Assembly (NCBI GenBank): GCA_039545335.1
Contig: BCIN01000002.1
Coordinates: 2,882,678 to 2,946,677 of the forward strand
Direction: 5' to 3'
Origin: Kondoa subrosea
Taxonomy: Eukaryota
DNA length: 64,000 bases
Shown: one piece after another, positions 61,051 to 64,000 of the stretch
How the letters are laid out: the number at the start of each line of letters is the position of its first letter
Position numbering within the stretch: the stretch's first letter is position 1
Position numbers and translations under genes: made by a program
Notes under the pieces: model-generated
Told to the model about the DNA's origin: nothing
Seen by the model: the letters and a program-made list of their open reading frames with translations, nothing else
The model's database searches: none

Positions 61051-61456
61051 CTATGGTGCCCGTATTGATCTGCCTTCAGATGAGCTGTTTCGCACGCGCG
61101 TGGGTCTTCTGCAGCACTAACCACCGTGTCGTGACTGTAGGTATACACAAACAGAAATGGACTGACCTTGGATAAAGGGTACTCGGGAGCTGAAGAGTCG
61201 GTCTTGTTACTCTCAGTCCACTGAGACCAAGTCGATGACACGCCTCAAGGCCAACGACCAAAGCCAAAGCCACTGCGATGAGTGACCTGGTCTTTTGGAT
61301 TCCAACTCGTTCAGCAAGCAGATCGTAATCAACAAGCCTCTGAAGAATCAGAAGCAAGTTGTCATCTGCTTGCTTTCGGAGCGTTGTCATGAGCGGATCA
61401 TATGAAGCAGTAGTTGATGGATTGAAGAGCGAAGGGCTTGACCAAGAAGCGAACAT
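61051..61456 (-). CDS. Small hypothetical membrane protein
   Basis: 126-codon ORF with one hydrophobic segment (SLIAVALALVVGLEAC), a CT-rich leader and a GTCAGT...CAG intron near the 3' end. Confidence 0.45.
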
Positions 61457-62574
61457 TTGCGATTTGTGAAGAAGAAGAAGGAGGAGAGAAGCGAAAGTGC
61501 GATGTCAGTCGGTCTCTAGTGTATTGTTCAGCAGAAATCGAAATCTTGGTCGAAACTGAACCAAGGCAAGCCCTCCAAGACTTCTAGCGCAGGATCGTGC
61601 ACAAATGGCACATCGTAGTAAGATCATGTACAGACTGAGAGCAAAATTCAGGAGCAGATACAGCACGCGTGAATCAACTGAATAAGATCCATAGCGGTTT
61701 GAATTCGAGTGGCCATTCGCCTGCCATCTCTTTTCTCCACAGCCTGACTTGGAGCACTCGCCAGCGGACCGCAGAAACCTGTCGATTCACACAGGCGACA
61801 AAAAACCTTCCCATTTCTTTTTGGTCTTGTTGCTGATAGCATCATTGTCTTTTTTGCTTCAACCAGGCAGGATGTCATGAGGTATATCCAATGAGATGCC
61901 ATTCCTGTTGATGAGTGGTCGCAATTGACTATACACAGCAGAGCTATGGACTGAACAAGGTCAAAAGAGAAGGTGTGATTGCTAGCAGAACAATGATCAA
62001 GGAAGAGGCAGAAAGCAGGAACGAATACGAGAGGAAGAGTTGACTGCAGACATGCGGACATTCTCTAGCAAGCGAGCGGAATATCAACGACCGGACATTA
62101 ATTGCGAAGGGCAATAACTTGGAATGTTTCTTGACGCGCAAGAAGCCAGGATCTCAAGGGATACAGATACAATCTAGCTGGATCGTAGAAGCAGACCTCG
62201 ATGACTTGAGTATCGGTGCAGAGAATTTTTTTTTTACCAGACACTATGCAGCCTAATCATATATCTCGAGTAGATTTCAACTTTGGACGAGCGAGCCAGA
62301 TCTTCCTGGTTGCAGCTCGGATAGCAATCCTGAGTCTGAATATGATAGCAGTCCCAGGTATCAGCCAGATGGAAGCAGCAAGGTATACATGGCAGTTGCG
62401 GCAGTTGCTGACAAACCCAGAATAATTTGCGCCGGACGGGTGTGACAAGGGCGGGACAACAAACAGCTCAAGAATAATCAATGAAGAACCATGCATATAT
62501 GATAATGATAACAAGGTACAATAGTGGAATGCTATAATATGAATAATGAATGAGATACCGCACAGATGGTGTAT

Positions 62575-64000
62575 TCACAGAAGAGGACAAAATAGTTTGG
62601 CGGGTTTCTTCTCCAACAGATCCTTGTCTACCGCGCTGTACTTTTCAGGACACGCCAATAAACTTTGATCGATGGATTTGGCAAATCGCTCCGCGTATTC
62701 TTGAGGATGTAGAACTGTGACTTCTTTCTTTGTTCCGGCCGATTTAAGGATTAGCTTGCCTTTGCTCTCGAAGAACTGGAAGATCAACAGTCAGTGGGAG
62801 CATATCTAATGTTCTGGTCACGAGAGACTCACTTTTGCCAAGTCGTAAACGGAAAGAGCATCTATGATGCCAAACGAAAGTCTTTGATGTTCGTCATCTA
62901 TTCCCAATAGGAGTGAGTAGCTACGAGCATTTCGTGAGCATTAAATATAATAGATAAAGCATCACTTACTCCATGATGTTGGCCTTAGTCAGAAACTCTA
63001 GATCATTTCTCAGTGCGTCATTGAGTGTAGCTTTTGCATGCAGAGGTATAAGAGCGCGTCTCTTGAAGCCAGTCGCCCAATTAGCGTCGAAATAGGTATC
63101 TTCGTTAGCACAACCATCTTCCTTCGCTTCTCGTGTACTAATGCCTGGCTGGAAGCTAAGCTACAGAACTACAGAAAATGACAGTGCGACTAACCTTTCA
63201 GGTCAAATCTCTTGTTGGCATGCACCGCTAAGCGTTCCATGACCAGAACATCCACGTTTCGCTTGAAAGGACCTTCTCTACACTTTATGGAATACAAGCC
63301 AAAGATCTTTCCAAGGATCGAAGACTTCCTTTTGGACGTGGCTTTGAAGTGATCGAAATAGTCTTTGGCGACGGCTTGAAATGAAGCAAGATCCGAGTTC
63401 TTGAATCGATTATAAGGCAAAAGCTTTAAAACGTATTTCTGATCTTGCGAAAGCAGGAAGGAGGCCGCACTTTTCCCTCCCTTTGCATCGAAACCTTCGC
63501 AATGAGCCAAAGATTCGATAAATTCGTGTTCAGAAATGGAACAGCGTTGCCGCAAATCAGCAAAGTCTTGCGGAAACCAGCAAGTGACTTCATGCTCGAT
63601 TTTGTTTGCAAGGATCTTGACTTTGACATGAAGCATATCCTCAGAAGATGCTGCTGATGATGGCAGACCTTTGATACTACCGAGGCTGAAGAGCGAATTG
63701 AGCGGCGAAAGTAGAGAAGACCCTCGGGAAGCAATGCTAGACATTGTACCGATAGCTGATGTTAAAGGAGTATTTTCGTCGTCTTCTACTTGAAGTGTGT
63801 CCGGCTCAGGCTTGATAGTTCTCTGGGACGCATTTGATATAATCGAAGGATTCGAGAGCATCGATTCGGCCTTAAAATGCGCAGTTCCGTGTGAAATTTC
63901 ACTGCTACCTTTTGGTTCTCGGTCTCGATTAACAGTGGCTCTTGAAATCAGGGCGGGAACCTTGCCTGAAGTCTTTATTGGTGATTTTGGTGTCTTCGTT
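62575..64000 (-). CDS. Fab1/PIKfyve-like phosphatidylinositol-phosphate kinase, C-terminal catalytic part (gene runs off the window)
   Basis: FADLRQRC...FIESLAHC, GGKSAASF...YVLK, ILGKIFGLY, FDLKG, DLEFLTKANIMDYSLLLGID, GIIDA and TVLHPQEYAERF PIPK motifs. Confidence 0.88.

Noticed and set aside
1..64000. Alternative genetic code (TAA reassigned), CRISPR arrays, tRNA/rRNA genes or transposons
   Set aside because: TAA terminates several genes normally. I saw no regularly spaced repeats, cloverleaf or rRNA motifs, transposase/RT ORFs or terminal repeats by eye; a covariance-model scan was not possible.

Overview
This is eukaryotic, gene-dense, intron-rich DNA. Introns are mostly 45-60 nt GT-AG with CTRAY-like branch sites, and there are many micro-exons. 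The gene families and gene structure point to a basidiomycete fungus, possibly Pucciniomycotina, though the lineage is an inference. I spliced about 29 protein-coding genes by hand. Recognisable ones are an SFC1 mitochondrial carrier, an ATF/CREB bZIP factor, a Zn2Cys6 factor, a G-protein gamma subunit, an MFSD5-like transporter, a Methyltransf_22 protein, oligoribonuclease REX2, a YAT amino-acid permease, a MYND protein, prohibitin PHB1, GT15 and GT32 glycosyltransferases, an HXXXDG acyltransferase, a BRCT protein, an arrestin-like protein, Med13, an AVT-type transporter, a DUF2433 protein and the 3' part of a divergent Fab1-like PIP kinase. The rest are secreted or orphan genes. I found no rRNA, tRNA, CRISPR array or recognisable transposon. 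The most notable observations are: three otherwise intact ORFs each broken by one lesion (two in-frame TAA codons and one 4-bp duplication); a degenerate tandem paralogue pair; a 4-nt micro-exon; two alternative 19-nt first exons in the bZIP gene; and a degenerate ~150-bp direct repeat. No clearly novel multi-gene system is demonstrable from the sequence alone. Exon boundaries are manual predictions.
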